From: an uncultured Gammaproteobacteria bacterium
GTDB taxonomy: Bacteria > Patescibacteriota > Patescibacteriia > Patescibacteriales > UBA12465
Direction: 5' to 3'
Assembly (NCBI GenBank): GCA_964408775.1
Contig: CAYPAP010000001.1
Location: forward strand, 225,839 to 289,838
DNA: 64,000 nucleotides
Shown in pieces: positions 36,469 through 45,634 of this stretch. The notes beneath the pieces are model-generated. The model was given only the letters and a program-made list of their open reading frames with translations. It had not been told where the DNA came from and did not search any database. Every line of letters begins with the position of its first letter. Within the stretch, counting starts at the first letter, position 1. A program made the translations under genes and the position numbers.

Positions 36469-36984
36469 TTACTCGTCTTTATTTTTATTTTTTGTAGATA
36501 AAGCTACCTTGGCGGGAATAATTACTTTATCATTTAAAATATACCCGGTTCGAATCTCTGACACAACATCATTGCCATCACCCTCTACTGCTTCCATGGT
36601 GTTATAATCAAATTTTTCTCCAACAGTCTTTATTTCTCTTAAACCATTAGCGGTAAAAATATCCTGAAACTGTTTAATAACATGTCTGACCCCCTCTACC
36701 CAAGGGCTTTTTTCTTCCTCCTTATTTAATGTCTTAATAGACATTTTTAAATTTTCATAAACTGGTAAAATTTCTAGAAGAAACCCTTTTAAAGAATATT
36801 TTAAGAATTCTGATTTTTCATTAACACTATTTTTCAACAAATTTTGATAATCTGCTAAAGCTCTTTTATATTTACCGTCTAATTCTGAGATCTCTTGTTT
36901 TAAATTCTCAATGAGTTCCTGGTTATCACCATGGTTGTTTTCATCTTTTTTTGTCTTTTTGAAATCTTTTTTTTCTTTACTCAT
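36469..36984 (-). CDS. grpE: nucleotide exchange factor GrpE
   Basis: The coiled-coil N-terminus with RALADYQN and the C-terminal beta domain (G..L.DKVIIPAKV) are both consistent with GrpE. The gene sits in the hrcA/dnaK operon context. Confidence 0.85.
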   Translation of the reverse strand: MSKEKKDFKKTKKDENNHGDNQELIENLKQEISELDGKYKRALADYQNLLKNSVNEKSEFLKYSLKGFLLEILPVYENLKMSIKTLNKEEEKSPWVEGVRHVIKQFQDIFTANGLREIKTVGEKFDYNTMEAVEGDGNDVVSEIRTGYILNDKVIIPAKVALSTKNKNKDE

Positions 36985-36989
36985 AAATT

Positions 36990-37682
36990 TTAATTATTCT
37001 CTAATTTATTTTTTAAAAATCTGATTAATCCTAAGTTTTTTTCATAATCGCTTCTTAGTGGCCCCAATATTCCTACCACTGAACTCTGATTTTTATTACT
37101 ATATTTTAATAAAGTTGTACTCAAAAAATTTCCAAAAGGATTATTTTCACCGATAAAAATACTTTCTCCAAAATCTAAGTCATCAAAAATTTCAGCAATT
37201 ATTTCCTCCATTCTATCTATTATAATAGATACATCAAAAATTATTTCACTAGAACGAAACTCCGGCTGAATAAATAGATTAGAAATACCGGTATAATATA
37301 GGTCATTTTTATGGAAAGCCCAGAAAACAGCATTTTTAGATATCTCGGCCATGGCTTTGGCAGATTTTTTAAAACCTTCTTCTGATTGAGAGAAAGACTT
37401 GTCTAGAGCACTAAAAGAATGTTTTTTCTCTTTTTGATCAATAATGTAGTTTTTTACGTAATAATCATAGGCCTTAGAAGTCGGAACTCGTCCAGCTGAG
37501 GTGTGGGGCTGATAAATATAGCCCCTATCCTCTAATTCAGCCATCTCATTTCTGGCAGTAGCAGAAGAAATATCAAGCTTGTATTTCTCAACTAAAAAGC
37601 CAGAACTAACCGGCTGAGCCGTTTTTATGTGTTCCTTAATTAACGTTATTAAAATATGTTCTTGTCTAGCGCTAATATCCAT
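36990..37682 (-). CDS. hrcA: heat-inducible transcription repressor HrcA (compact, 230 aa)
   Basis: N-terminal winged HTH (RQEHILITLIKEHIKTAQPVSSGFLVEKY...SSATARNEMAELEDRGYIYQPHTSAGRVPT). A CIRCE operator lies directly upstream. Confidence 0.8.
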   Translation of the reverse strand: MDISARQEHILITLIKEHIKTAQPVSSGFLVEKYKLDISSATARNEMAELEDRGYIYQPHTSAGRVPTSKAYDYYVKNYIIDQKEKKHSFSALDKSFSQSEEGFKKSAKAMAEISKNAVFWAFHKNDLYYTGISNLFIQPEFRSSEIIFDVSIIIDRMEEIIAEIFDDLDFGESIFIGENNPFGNFLSTTLLKYSNKNQSSVVGILGPLRSDYEKNLGLIRFLKNKLENN

Positions 37683-37722
37683 AAAATTTAAGTTGTTATA
37701 AAAACAACCTTATTATATAAAA

Positions 37723-37749
37723 TTAGCACTCTTATGTCAAGAGTGCTAA
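37723..37749. promoter_or_regulatory. CIRCE operator (HrcA binding site)
   Basis: TTAGCACTC-TTATGTCAA-GAGTGCTAA is an exact match to the TTAGCACTC-N9-GAGTGCTAA consensus. It lies 41 nt upstream of the hrcA start. Confidence 0.85.
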
Positions 37750-37824
37750 AAAGTGATAGTTTTAGTCTATTCTATAAGCAGGGCGCTCCCTATACTATAT
37801 ACCGTAGATTGGCGAATTACAGTG

Positions 37825-38544
37825 CTACTCCCTAAATTTACAGCCAGGAATTTTTTCATTAACTCTAAGAACCGCCTCTTTAATCTCTAAATCTAAAAAT
37901 GGTTTTTTATCTTTAAAATCATTATTAACCAAATCCGTATCTGATTTAAATTTTTGTAAAAACCATTTTTTAACCCCCATTAATTCCTCCGCCATTACAA
38001 AAATATCACTTATCTCATGTAAGCCCGGAACTAAGGTTGTTCTCAACTCGTAATCAACTCTATCTTCTAATAAAAAATCAATTGATTCTCTTATTTTTTT
38101 TATATCTGTTTTAACACTAACAATTTCCTCGTACTTATCCAGGGGTCCCTTAACATCCATAGCAATATAATCCAATAATTTATTTTCAACCAAGTCTTTA
38201 ACCATTTCTGGGTTTGTTCCGTTGGTGTCTAATTTAACCTTAAATCCAAGATCTTTAACTTTTATTATAAAGTCCTTTAGGTCTGGCTGTAGGGTCGGCT
38301 CCCCCCCAGAAATAACAACTCCATCGATCTTGCCGTGACGACTTTCTAAAAAAAGAAAAAGGTCATCCTCTGGAATCAAAGGATGACTTTCTTCATATTT
38401 ACCCTCGCCTTCACCATTGGCCAAGACAAGCATGGGGTTGTAACAAAAATGGCAACGGAAATTACAAGCTTTAGTAAAAATAATTGTTGCAATATTACCT
38501 GGAAAATCAATCATGCTAATTTTCTCCCATCCTCCTATTACCAT
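37825..38544 (-). CDS. nrdG: anaerobic ribonucleotide reductase activating protein (radical SAM)
   Basis: IGGWEKISMIDFPGNIATIIFTKACNFRCHFCYNP (CxxxCxxC). The start is taken at the ATG at 38544. The track start at 38631 overlaps the upstream minigene. Confidence 0.85.
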   Translation of the reverse strand: MVIGGWEKISMIDFPGNIATIIFTKACNFRCHFCYNPMLVLANGEGEGKYEESHPLIPEDDLFLFLESRHGKIDGVVISGGEPTLQPDLKDFIIKVKDLGFKVKLDTNGTNPEMVKDLVENKLLDYIAMDVKGPLDKYEEIVSVKTDIKKIRESIDFLLEDRVDYELRTTLVPGLHEISDIFVMAEELMGVKKWFLQKFKSDTDLVNNDFKDKKPFLDLEIKEAVLRVNEKIPGCKFRE

Positions 38545-38584
38545 TTTTAAAAACCAAAAACTAACGGAAATAAAAAATTTAGTA

Positions 38585-38740
38585 TTATTCGCTAATCTTT
38601 TCGGTGTTAATTTTATAAGTTTTGCGGTCATTGTACTCAGCTACCTTTCCCTTGTTGTAGCATTTAGTAGGGGTAAGCCAGCCAACCACTCGGCTATAAA
38701 CAATGCACTCTGTTCTCTTGTTAGTTTGTATTGGACTCAT
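38585..38740 (-). CDS. stand-alone NrdD C-terminal glycyl-radical segment (51-codon minigene)
   Basis: Below the track cutoff. ATG at 38740 gives MSPIQTNKRTECIVYSRVVGWLTPTKCYNKGKVAEYNDRKTYKINTEKISE. This matches the usual NrdD C-terminal pattern (SR-x-x-G-Y/W-x-x-P...N-x-GK..E..DRK). The large nrdD ORF lacks this region. Confidence 0.6.
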   Translation of the reverse strand: MSPIQTNKRTECIVYSRVVGWLTPTKCYNKGKVAEYNDRKTYKINTEKISE

Positions 38741-38789
38741 ATTCTTTTCGTCAGGATATATTTAAAAATATAGCGCCTGTTTTTTAATT

Positions 38790-38818
38790 ATTATAATATA
38801 TAAATTTATAAAAATCAA
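38790..38818 (-). promoter_or_regulatory. candidate sigma70-type promoter in the nrdD / glycyl-radical-minigene spacer
   Basis: The minus strand reads TTGATT-N17-TATAAT. The AT-rich context makes a chance occurrence plausible. Confidence 0.3.
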
Positions 38819-38827
38819 TTTGAAAAA

Positions 38828-40891
38828 CTATAAAGAACTATCGCTGACACCCTGGTTAGCCTCTCTGGCTGAGAGTACCATATGCTCTCTTTCTTCGTCG
38901 CATTTAGGGCAATATTTGTGCTCGCCCGCCAAATAACCATGAATAGGGCAAACAGAGAAGGTTGGTGTTATAGTAAAGTATGGTAAATGATAATTTTCTA
39001 CAATAGTTTTTACTAATTTTTTAGTAATTTCAGGGTCGCTAATTCTTTCTCCTAAAAATCCATGCAAAACTGTTCCTCCGGTGTATTTTGTTTGTAACTC
39101 ATCCTGAAGATCTAGGGCTGTAAAAATATCATCTGTGAAGCCAACTGGTAAATGAGTAGAATTAGTATAATAAGGGTTGGCACCATCCTCTCTAACTAAT
39201 TTATCGTTAGCGCAAATAATTTCTGGGTAAGTTTCTTTATCTTTTTTAGCGAAACGATAGGTGCAACCTTCAGCTGGAGTAGCTTCGAGATTATATAAAT
39301 CTCCAGTTTCTTCTTGAAATCCAGAAATATGGTCCCTCATGAAATCCATTATTTCTAAAGCAAACTTATAGCCTCGAGCGCTAGAGATATCCTCTCCTAA
39401 TAGATTTAAAGCGGCTTCATTCATTCCGTTTAAACCAATGGTATTAAAATGATTCTTCCAATAAGAACCAAACTGGTCTTTTATTGTCTCTAGATAAAAC
39501 TTAGAATAGGGATAAAGCCCTTCTTCAGTAAATTTTTCTACTACTTTTCTTTTTATTTCTAAGCTCTCCTTAGCCAGATTCATTAATTTTAATAATCTTT
39601 CCTTAAATTCTTTTTCATCTTTAGATAAATAACCCAGTCTAGCCAAATTCATAGTGACTACCCCCAGGCTACCGGTTAAAGGATTAGCACCAAATAAACC
39701 GCCACCTCTTTTTCGCAATTCACGGTTATCTAGTCTTAGGCGACAACACATACTTCTGGCATCATCCCTATCCATGTCTGAATTTACAAAGTTAGAGAAA
39801 TAAGGAATACCATATTTAGAAGTCATCTCCCACATTGGCCTCAAACTCTCTCTATCCCAATCAAATTCTTTGTCGATATTATATGTTGGTATAGGGAAGG
39901 CAAAAACCCTTCCAGTAGCATCGCCCTCTATCATAACCTCAGAAAAAGCCTTGTTGAACAAATCCATTTCCATCTGAAAATCGCCATATTTTTCATCCAT
40001 AATTTTTCCCCCAATAATAACATTTTCTTGAGACATTAGTTTTGAGGGGGTAACATCTAGGGTAACGTTGGTAAATGGTGTTTGAAAGCCAACTCGAGTT
40101 GGAACATTTACATTAAAAACAAATTCTTGAAGAGCTTGTTTAATTTCCTTGTAAGACAAGTCATCGTATCGAATAAACGGAGCTAAATAGGTGTCAAAAT
40201 TAGAAAAAGCCTGAGCTCCAGCTGCTTCTCCTTGCATGGTGTAGAAAAAATTTACAATTTGCCCTAAAGCACTTCTAAAATGCTTTGGTGGTTTGCTCTG
40301 AATTTTAGTATCAACGCCACCGAAGCCTTTGAGTAATAAGTCCTTTAAATCCCAACCACAACAATAAGGGGCTAATAAACCTAGGTCATGAATATGAAAA
40401 TCTCCTTCGACATGAGCTTTTCTGATATTTTCTGGATATAGTTTGTTTAACCAGTACTTAGCTGAAATTGCTGAAGCAATATAATTATTTAAGCCTTGGA
40501 CTGAAAAACTCATATTACTATTTTCTTTTAGTCTCCAGTCAGCCTTACCCAAATAATCTTCCATTAACTTTTCCTCGTTACTTTGGTTTATCTCCCTAAC
40601 CTGTCTCCTTTGGTCTCTGTATAAAATATATGTCTTCGCTACTTTAATTAATTTGTTTTCAATTAAAGTTTCCTCCACCACATCCTGGACCTCCTCCACA
40701 GCGGGAATCGTTTTATGATGGAATTTTTTGCTAAGCTTATCTAAAACTTGATCGCTCAATTTTTTGGCTAACTCTTCATTTTCTTCGTCAACTGCCTTCA
40801 TGGCGCCCAATATAGCCTTAAATATTTTCTCAATTTTAAAATCGGCAATATCACCGGAGCGTTTCAAAATTTTAGTTATGCTTTCTGACAT
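38828..40891 (-). CDS. nrdD: anaerobic ribonucleoside-triphosphate reductase (class III), large fragment lacking the glycyl-radical tail
   Basis: N-terminal ATP cone, NrdD core, and a C-terminal Zn-site region CPIHGYLAGEHKYCPKCDEE. The ORF stops (TAG 38830-38828) before any RxxGY/W motif. Confidence 0.9.
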   Translation of the reverse strand: MSESITKILKRSGDIADFKIEKIFKAILGAMKAVDEENEELAKKLSDQVLDKLSKKFHHKTIPAVEEVQDVVEETLIENKLIKVAKTYILYRDQRRQVREINQSNEEKLMEDYLGKADWRLKENSNMSFSVQGLNNYIASAISAKYWLNKLYPENIRKAHVEGDFHIHDLGLLAPYCCGWDLKDLLLKGFGGVDTKIQSKPPKHFRSALGQIVNFFYTMQGEAAGAQAFSNFDTYLAPFIRYDDLSYKEIKQALQEFVFNVNVPTRVGFQTPFTNVTLDVTPSKLMSQENVIIGGKIMDEKYGDFQMEMDLFNKAFSEVMIEGDATGRVFAFPIPTYNIDKEFDWDRESLRPMWEMTSKYGIPYFSNFVNSDMDRDDARSMCCRLRLDNRELRKRGGGLFGANPLTGSLGVVTMNLARLGYLSKDEKEFKERLLKLMNLAKESLEIKRKVVEKFTEEGLYPYSKFYLETIKDQFGSYWKNHFNTIGLNGMNEAALNLLGEDISSARGYKFALEIMDFMRDHISGFQEETGDLYNLEATPAEGCTYRFAKKDKETYPEIICANDKLVREDGANPYYTNSTHLPVGFTDDIFTALDLQDELQTKYTGGTVLHGFLGERISDPEITKKLVKTIVENYHLPYFTITPTFSVCPIHGYLAGEHKYCPKCDEEREHMVLSAREANQGVSDSSL

Positions 40892-40913
40892 AGATTTAAA
40901 TTTTAATTATTAA

Positions 40914-41381
40914 TTATTTTTTGTTTTTCTTGTTTTTTAATAATTTTTCTAACTCTTCAGCAAATTCTTCTACACATTCAAATGATTGATAAACTGAGGC
41001 GTATCTAATATAGGCAACTTTGTCTATTTTTTTTAAATTTTTCATAACGATATCTCCTACATCCTTAGAATCAATTTCATTTTTATTTAAAACCTGCAAA
41101 TCTCTTTCTATGCAATAAATAAGCTTCTTGAATTTTTCCTCGTCAACGTCCCTTTTTTCTAAAGCCTTTTTAAGGCCGCTAGATAATTTGTCTCTATTAT
41201 AATTTTCTCGACGACCATCTCTTTTTAATATTACTAAATCTAAAAGCTCCATCTCCTCGTGAGTAGAAAAGCGAAACTCACATTTTAAACACTCCCGACG
41301 ACGTCTAATTAAAAGTCCGTCCCCAGACATTCTAGAGTCAACTACCTTAGTGTCTTCAAAGTTGCAAACTGGGCATTTCAT
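40914..41381 (-). CDS. nrdR: transcriptional repressor NrdR
   Basis: MKCPVCNFEDTKVVDSR...CLKC zinc ribbon followed by an ATP cone. Confidence 0.9.
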   Translation of the reverse strand: MKCPVCNFEDTKVVDSRMSGDGLLIRRRRECLKCEFRFSTHEEMELLDLVILKRDGRRENYNRDKLSSGLKKALEKRDVDEEKFKKLIYCIERDLQVLNKNEIDSKDVGDIVMKNLKKIDKVAYIRYASVYQSFECVEEFAEELEKLLKNKKNKK

Positions 41382-41414
41382 TGGCTTTTTTAATAATTTT
41401 TAAACTTAGTCTAA

Positions 41415-41463
41415 ACACAATATATAGTATAGTAAAATATTATTTAACCACTATATGTTGTTA
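41415..41463. promoter_or_regulatory. two candidate NrdR boxes upstream of nrdR
   Basis: ACACAATATATAGTAT (41415-41430) and CCACTATATGTTGTTA (41448-41463) compared with the remembered consensus acaCwAtATaTwGtgt. The boxes are offset by 33 bp. Confidence 0.5.
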
Positions 41464-41641
41464 TTATGAATTATAGCAAAATTTTGGATTTCTGCCAAAT
41501 AAGCAAAAATTGGCTAAAATTAAATAAAATATAAACTAAAATTAAGAAAAGGGTAAATAAAAAAAATTATCCTGTGGATAACTTTTTAAAAAACGTAAAA
41601 CGAATAGGCTGATCTTACAAATTTAAATTTTAAAACTACTT

Positions 41642-42367
41642 TTATCCGACTAAATTACTGTAATAATCACTAACATCCTCTAAATCGTCCAGCTCTTCAG
41701 TAAACTTAGCTATCTTTTCTTGTTGCTCGGCTGAAATTTCTTGTTTTTCCTTTGGCAAATACTCAATTTCGGCTGATTCTATGTTCAGGCCCTTAGATTC
41801 TATATTATTTTTTATTTTTTGTAGATCCTCTACCCTGGTGTAGATTAAAACGAGCTCTTCTTCGGATTTAAAATCATCTATTCCCGCATCTATCAATTCT
41901 AATTGAAAATCATCTATGTTGATATTTTTGTTTTTTAGCTCTTCTTTGGTGATCACCACTACTCCTTTTTGTTCAAAGTTCCACATTACCGATCCCAAGC
42001 TTCCACCGCTCTTTGACAAGGCATGTCGAACCATAGAAGCGCTTCTATTTTTATTATCTGTTAAACATTTAATAATAAACTGGATATTATTTGGTAAAAT
42101 TCCCTCATAATAAAGTTCTTCTACCGCATCACCCGCTAGCTCTCCCGTTCCTCGCTTAATTGCCCTCTCGATGTTATCTTTAGGCATATTAACGGCCCTG
42201 GCTTTATCCATAGCCATGCGCAAAGAAGGGTTGGCGTTAGGATCGCCACCTTTTTCTCGAGCTGCTATGGTAATAATATTTCCTAGCTTAGTAAAGATTG
42301 CTCCTCTTTTTGAATCTGTTACAGCCTTCGCTCTTTTAATTGTTGCCCATTTAGAATGTCCAGACAT
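41642..42367 (-). CDS. yebC: YebC/PmpR-family DNA-binding regulator
   Basis: MSGHSKWATIKRAKAVTDSKRGAIFTKL is the family signature. Confidence 0.9.
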   Translation of the reverse strand: MSGHSKWATIKRAKAVTDSKRGAIFTKLGNIITIAAREKGGDPNANPSLRMAMDKARAVNMPKDNIERAIKRGTGELAGDAVEELYYEGILPNNIQFIIKCLTDNKNRSASMVRHALSKSGGSLGSVMWNFEQKGVVVITKEELKNKNINIDDFQLELIDAGIDDFKSEEELVLIYTRVEDLQKIKNNIESKGLNIESAEIEYLPKEKQEISAEQQEKIAKFTEELDDLEDVSDYYSNLVG

Positions 42368-42373
42368 AAAATT

Positions 42374-42418
42374 GAGATTATTGGGATCATTGGGATCCTT
42401 AAGATCTTAAAAATCTTA
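42374..42418. repeat. five degenerate tandem 9-mers containing three GATC sites
   Basis: GAGATTATT GGGATCATT GGGATCCTT AAGATCTTA AAAATCTTA, located directly upstream of the yebC start. Confidence 0.6.
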
Positions 42419-42451
42419 TTCCTATTGCTTTATATAAAGACTAATTTTTAA

Positions 42452-43372
42452 TTAATTTCCGGGGACTATTAAATCAAACTTCCCCTTACTGCCATAGGCC
42501 TTAGGACCATAATCTTGGCAATATTTTTTGATATTGTTTTTAAAATAGGGCGGCTTATTTTTTTGTATTTTGCCAACCAGACAATAAGTTAAACATAAAA
42601 CAAAAGCAAAATCAACCTTAGATGTTAACTTTATTTGCCAACGACTCTGAGGGTCCCCAAAATACATATTTTTTTCATTTCCCAAAGTAATTACTAGCTC
42701 TTTTTTATCCCTAATAACAAACTTAGCATGCCGAGCATGGCCAAAGCTAAAGGCTCTTAAGGATAATTTAGGACCAAATAACTCGCTTTTTTTAATATCT
42801 ATCATTGGGGTTATGGCGATAAAATCATCAGGCAAGACAAAGGAATAGGAGTTATAATCCTTAAAATTTGTTTTTAATTTTAAGCTTTTAATAAACTTTA
42901 AAATGCTTTTGGGGTTTTCTCCGGTGGCAGATAAAATCATCCCTAAGTAAGTAGAGATGTTATAAGTATAGGGCTCGGAAATTTTAGGATAAACAATAAC
43001 CTTATCGGCTATTTTACTAGCGCTTGAGTTAGGTGAGCAGGTCAATAAAGTTGTTTTTAACTTATACTTCTGAGCTAATTTAATTTCCCAAATAGAATCT
43101 TTTTCACCCGAAGCTGAAATAACCACAACTTCTTTTATTATTTTTTTATTAATCAAATCCTTATAACTTTCTATTATTTTTTTAAAAGTACTTTCATCAG
43201 CAATAATAGCCTTACGTCCAGAAAATAAAATATGGCCGGTGTTGTAAGCATTCCCGCTGCCAACCACAATAGGAAAATTGAAATTATTTAACTTTAATTT
43301 AGGTAATTTGTTTTTGCTAAAAAACTCTAGTGCATTAACAACTCCCTGATCCAAACTTATTATATTTTTCAT
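42452..43372 (-). CDS. SIS-domain-like sugar-phosphate isomerase/binding protein (tentative)
   Basis: VVVISASGEKDSIWEIKLAQKYKLKTTLLTC resembles the SIS motif (S-x-SG-x-T...). The assignment is weak. Confidence 0.35.
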   Translation of the reverse strand: MKNIISLDQGVVNALEFFSKNKLPKLKLNNFNFPIVVGSGNAYNTGHILFSGRKAIIADESTFKKIIESYKDLINKKIIKEVVVISASGEKDSIWEIKLAQKYKLKTTLLTCSPNSSASKIADKVIVYPKISEPYTYNISTYLGMILSATGENPKSILKFIKSLKLKTNFKDYNSYSFVLPDDFIAITPMIDIKKSELFGPKLSLRAFSFGHARHAKFVIRDKKELVITLGNEKNMYFGDPQSRWQIKLTSKVDFAFVLCLTYCLVGKIQKNKPPYFKNNIKKYCQDYGPKAYGSKGKFDLIVPGN

Positions 43373-43397
43373 AACTTTATACTTTAATAATTTAAAA

Positions 43398-44138
43398 TTA
43401 CTTAATTGTCCCCTGATCCTTCACTTCTTCAACTATTTTTTTAATTTTTTTTTGATCACCTAAATAATACCATCTTATAACTTTGAAATTTTTATCTAGT
43501 TCGTAAACCATAGGAATAGCATAGGGGATATTAAGATCAACAATATCTTCTTCTGAAATATTATTTAATTTTTTTATAATAGCTCGCAAACTATTTCCAC
43601 TAGCAGAAATTAATATTTTTTCTCCCAGCTTTATTCTAGGAATAATCATCTTATTCCAGAAAGACATAGTTCGAGCAACAACATCCTCTAAAGACTCCCC
43701 TAAAATTGGTTTTTTTATAAAACTATATTTAGCATCATCTATTTGATTATAGCGATTACTTTTTTTAATTTCTGGGGGCCTAACATCATAAGATCGACGC
43801 CACAACAAAACCTGCTCCTCTCCGACTTTTTTAGCTGTATCTTTTTTATTCAAGCCCTGCAAGTCTCCATAATGTCTTTCATTTAGTCTCCAGTCCTTAA
43901 CAACTGGGATCCACATTAAATCCATTTCTTCTAAAATAATATCTGACGTTCTAATGGCTCTCTTCAAAAAGGATGTATAGCATAAATCAAAAGAAAATTT
44001 ATTCTTTTTTAAAGTTTGGCCAGCTTCTTTGGCCTGCTTGAGTCCTAGTGGAGTTAAGTCTACATCAGTCCACCCGGTAAACAGCCCTTTTTTATTCCAC
44101 TCACTTTCTCCATGACGGATTAAAACAATTTTATACAT
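43398..44138 (-). CDS. gpmA: 2,3-bisphosphoglycerate-dependent phosphoglycerate mutase
   Basis: YKIVLIRHGESEWNKKGLFTGWTDVDL and ERHYGDLQGLNK. Confidence 0.9.
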   Translation of the reverse strand: MYKIVLIRHGESEWNKKGLFTGWTDVDLTPLGLKQAKEAGQTLKKNKFSFDLCYTSFLKRAIRTSDIILEEMDLMWIPVVKDWRLNERHYGDLQGLNKKDTAKKVGEEQVLLWRRSYDVRPPEIKKSNRYNQIDDAKYSFIKKPILGESLEDVVARTMSFWNKMIIPRIKLGEKILISASGNSLRAIIKKLNNISEEDIVDLNIPYAIPMVYELDKNFKVIRWYYLGDQKKIKKIVEEVKDQGTIK

Positions 44139-44313
44139 ATTTTTTTAAATTGACTAAAAAACTTAGAAATGCTAAGCTTTTAGAGTTAATTTTAAACATA
44201 TTTGGCTTAAAAGAATATCAACTAAAATACTAATATTATTAATAAAACTACTACTTTTATTAAAAAAAGTAGTAACTTTTATTTTAAAAATAGCAAAGAA
44301 TATTGTTGTTTCT

Positions 44314-45558
44314 GTGCTTAGTTTTTTATTTTTCAAAATACTAGTAAAGCTATACTACAATTATATCCTAATTTACAAAAAAATAAAAGAAATTAATAAA
44401 AAAAACAATTCTAGGCTATACCTTTTTAAAAAAAATATTTCTATATTTATAATCATCCTTTTATCAGTCGCTATAATATTAGGTAATAAAATTAGAAAAA
44501 CCGAGGCCCAAAGCCTTTCAAATCAGATATATAAAACAACCTTAGCCCAAAATATTGAATCAGATTTTGAAGACTTTGAACCAGAGGAGTTAATAGTGGA
44601 GACGATTGACGATCAAAACTCTGGAATTATCAGCTCACCTAAATATCTAGGTCAGGCTGGAGTTTTAACCCCTAAAATACAAACGGGACAAGGTTCTACG
44701 GAGGAAAGTAATGTTTTTATCTTCTCTGATCACGGAGACACTCTTTCTGGGACGGGTATAATTAATACCGAAGGAGAAAGTATAAAAGAAAGAAATGAGC
44801 CTGTAGAATATATAGTTCAGATTGGAGACACTGTCAGCAGTATTTCTAATAACTTTGGCATAAGTGTTAACACTATATTATGGGAGAATAAATTGACCGC
44901 ACGAAGCATTATCAAGCCGGGGAGTAAATTGGTTATACTACCAGAAGATGGTGTTGTTCATACCGTATCTAGAAATGAAAATATCGGCTCTATCGCTAAA
45001 AAATATTCAGTTGAAATTGACGAAATATTAGAAAAAAATGGGATAACCATAAATGACCCAATAAAAATAGCTCAAACATTGTTTATCCCTGGGGGTAAAA
45101 AAATAGTAGAGACAAGTACCGTGGTAAGCAGATCTTATTCTGGCACAACAATAACTCAAACAACTCCATCAACAAACACTCAACAACCAACTTATACTGG
45201 AGGCAAGCTTCTTTGGCCGACAGTTGGAAATAGAATTACACAATACTACTCATGGAGCCATCGAGGATTAGATGTCGCCAATAAAACGGGCACCCCTCTT
45301 TATGCTTCTGAGGCTGGAACAGTCGAAAGGTCTGGTTGGAGTAATGGATATGGTTATAATGTAATAATAAACCATGGCGGAGGAATGAAAACATTATATG
45401 CTCATGCCTCGAAACTTCGCGTTGTTGCTGGGACCAAGGTTAATCGTGGTGATATTATTGCCGACATGGGATCGACTGGTTGGTCAACTGGACCTCATAT
45501 CCACTTCGAAGTTATAGTTAACGGAGTAAAACAAAACCCCTTAAATTATCTGCGTTAA
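44314..45558 (+). CDS. LysM-domain M23 metallopeptidase (peptidoglycan endopeptidase)
   Basis: Two LysM repeats (YIVQIGDTVSSISNNFGIS; HTVSRNENIGSIAKKYSV). M23 motifs HRGLDV and GSTGWSTGPHIHFEV. GTG start as in the track. Confidence 0.85.
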   Translation: MLSFLFFKILVKLYYNYILIYKKIKEINKKNNSRLYLFKKNISIFIIILLSVAIILGNKIRKTEAQSLSNQIYKTTLAQNIESDFEDFEPEELIVETIDDQNSGIISSPKYLGQAGVLTPKIQTGQGSTEESNVFIFSDHGDTLSGTGIINTEGESIKERNEPVEYIVQIGDTVSSISNNFGISVNTILWENKLTARSIIKPGSKLVILPEDGVVHTVSRNENIGSIAKKYSVEIDEILEKNGITINDPIKIAQTLFIPGGKKIVETSTVVSRSYSGTTITQTTPSTNTQQPTYTGGKLLWPTVGNRITQYYSWSHRGLDVANKTGTPLYASEAGTVERSGWSNGYGYNVIINHGGGMKTLYAHASKLRVVAGTKVNRGDIIADMGSTGWSTGPHIHFEVIVNGVKQNPLNYLR

Positions 45559-45634
45559 TATTTTCTTTTTTAAAAAAATTTATTATAATAGATATAGATA
45601 AATAAATATTTTATATTTTAAAAAATAAAAAAAT

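Noticed and set aside
38513-38773. 86-aa plus-strand ORF, and the 38545-38631 extension of nrdG
   Set aside because: The region is better explained by the minus-strand 51-codon NrdD-tail minigene (38585-38740) and by an nrdG start at 38544, just before the conserved IGGW..S..D.PG N-terminus.
41573-41581. Replication origin suggested by a perfect DnaA box
   Set aside because: There is a single box, with no cluster and no dnaA or dnaN nearby. The only other TTATCCACA I noticed (about 3803-3811) is inside the dsbA-like gene.
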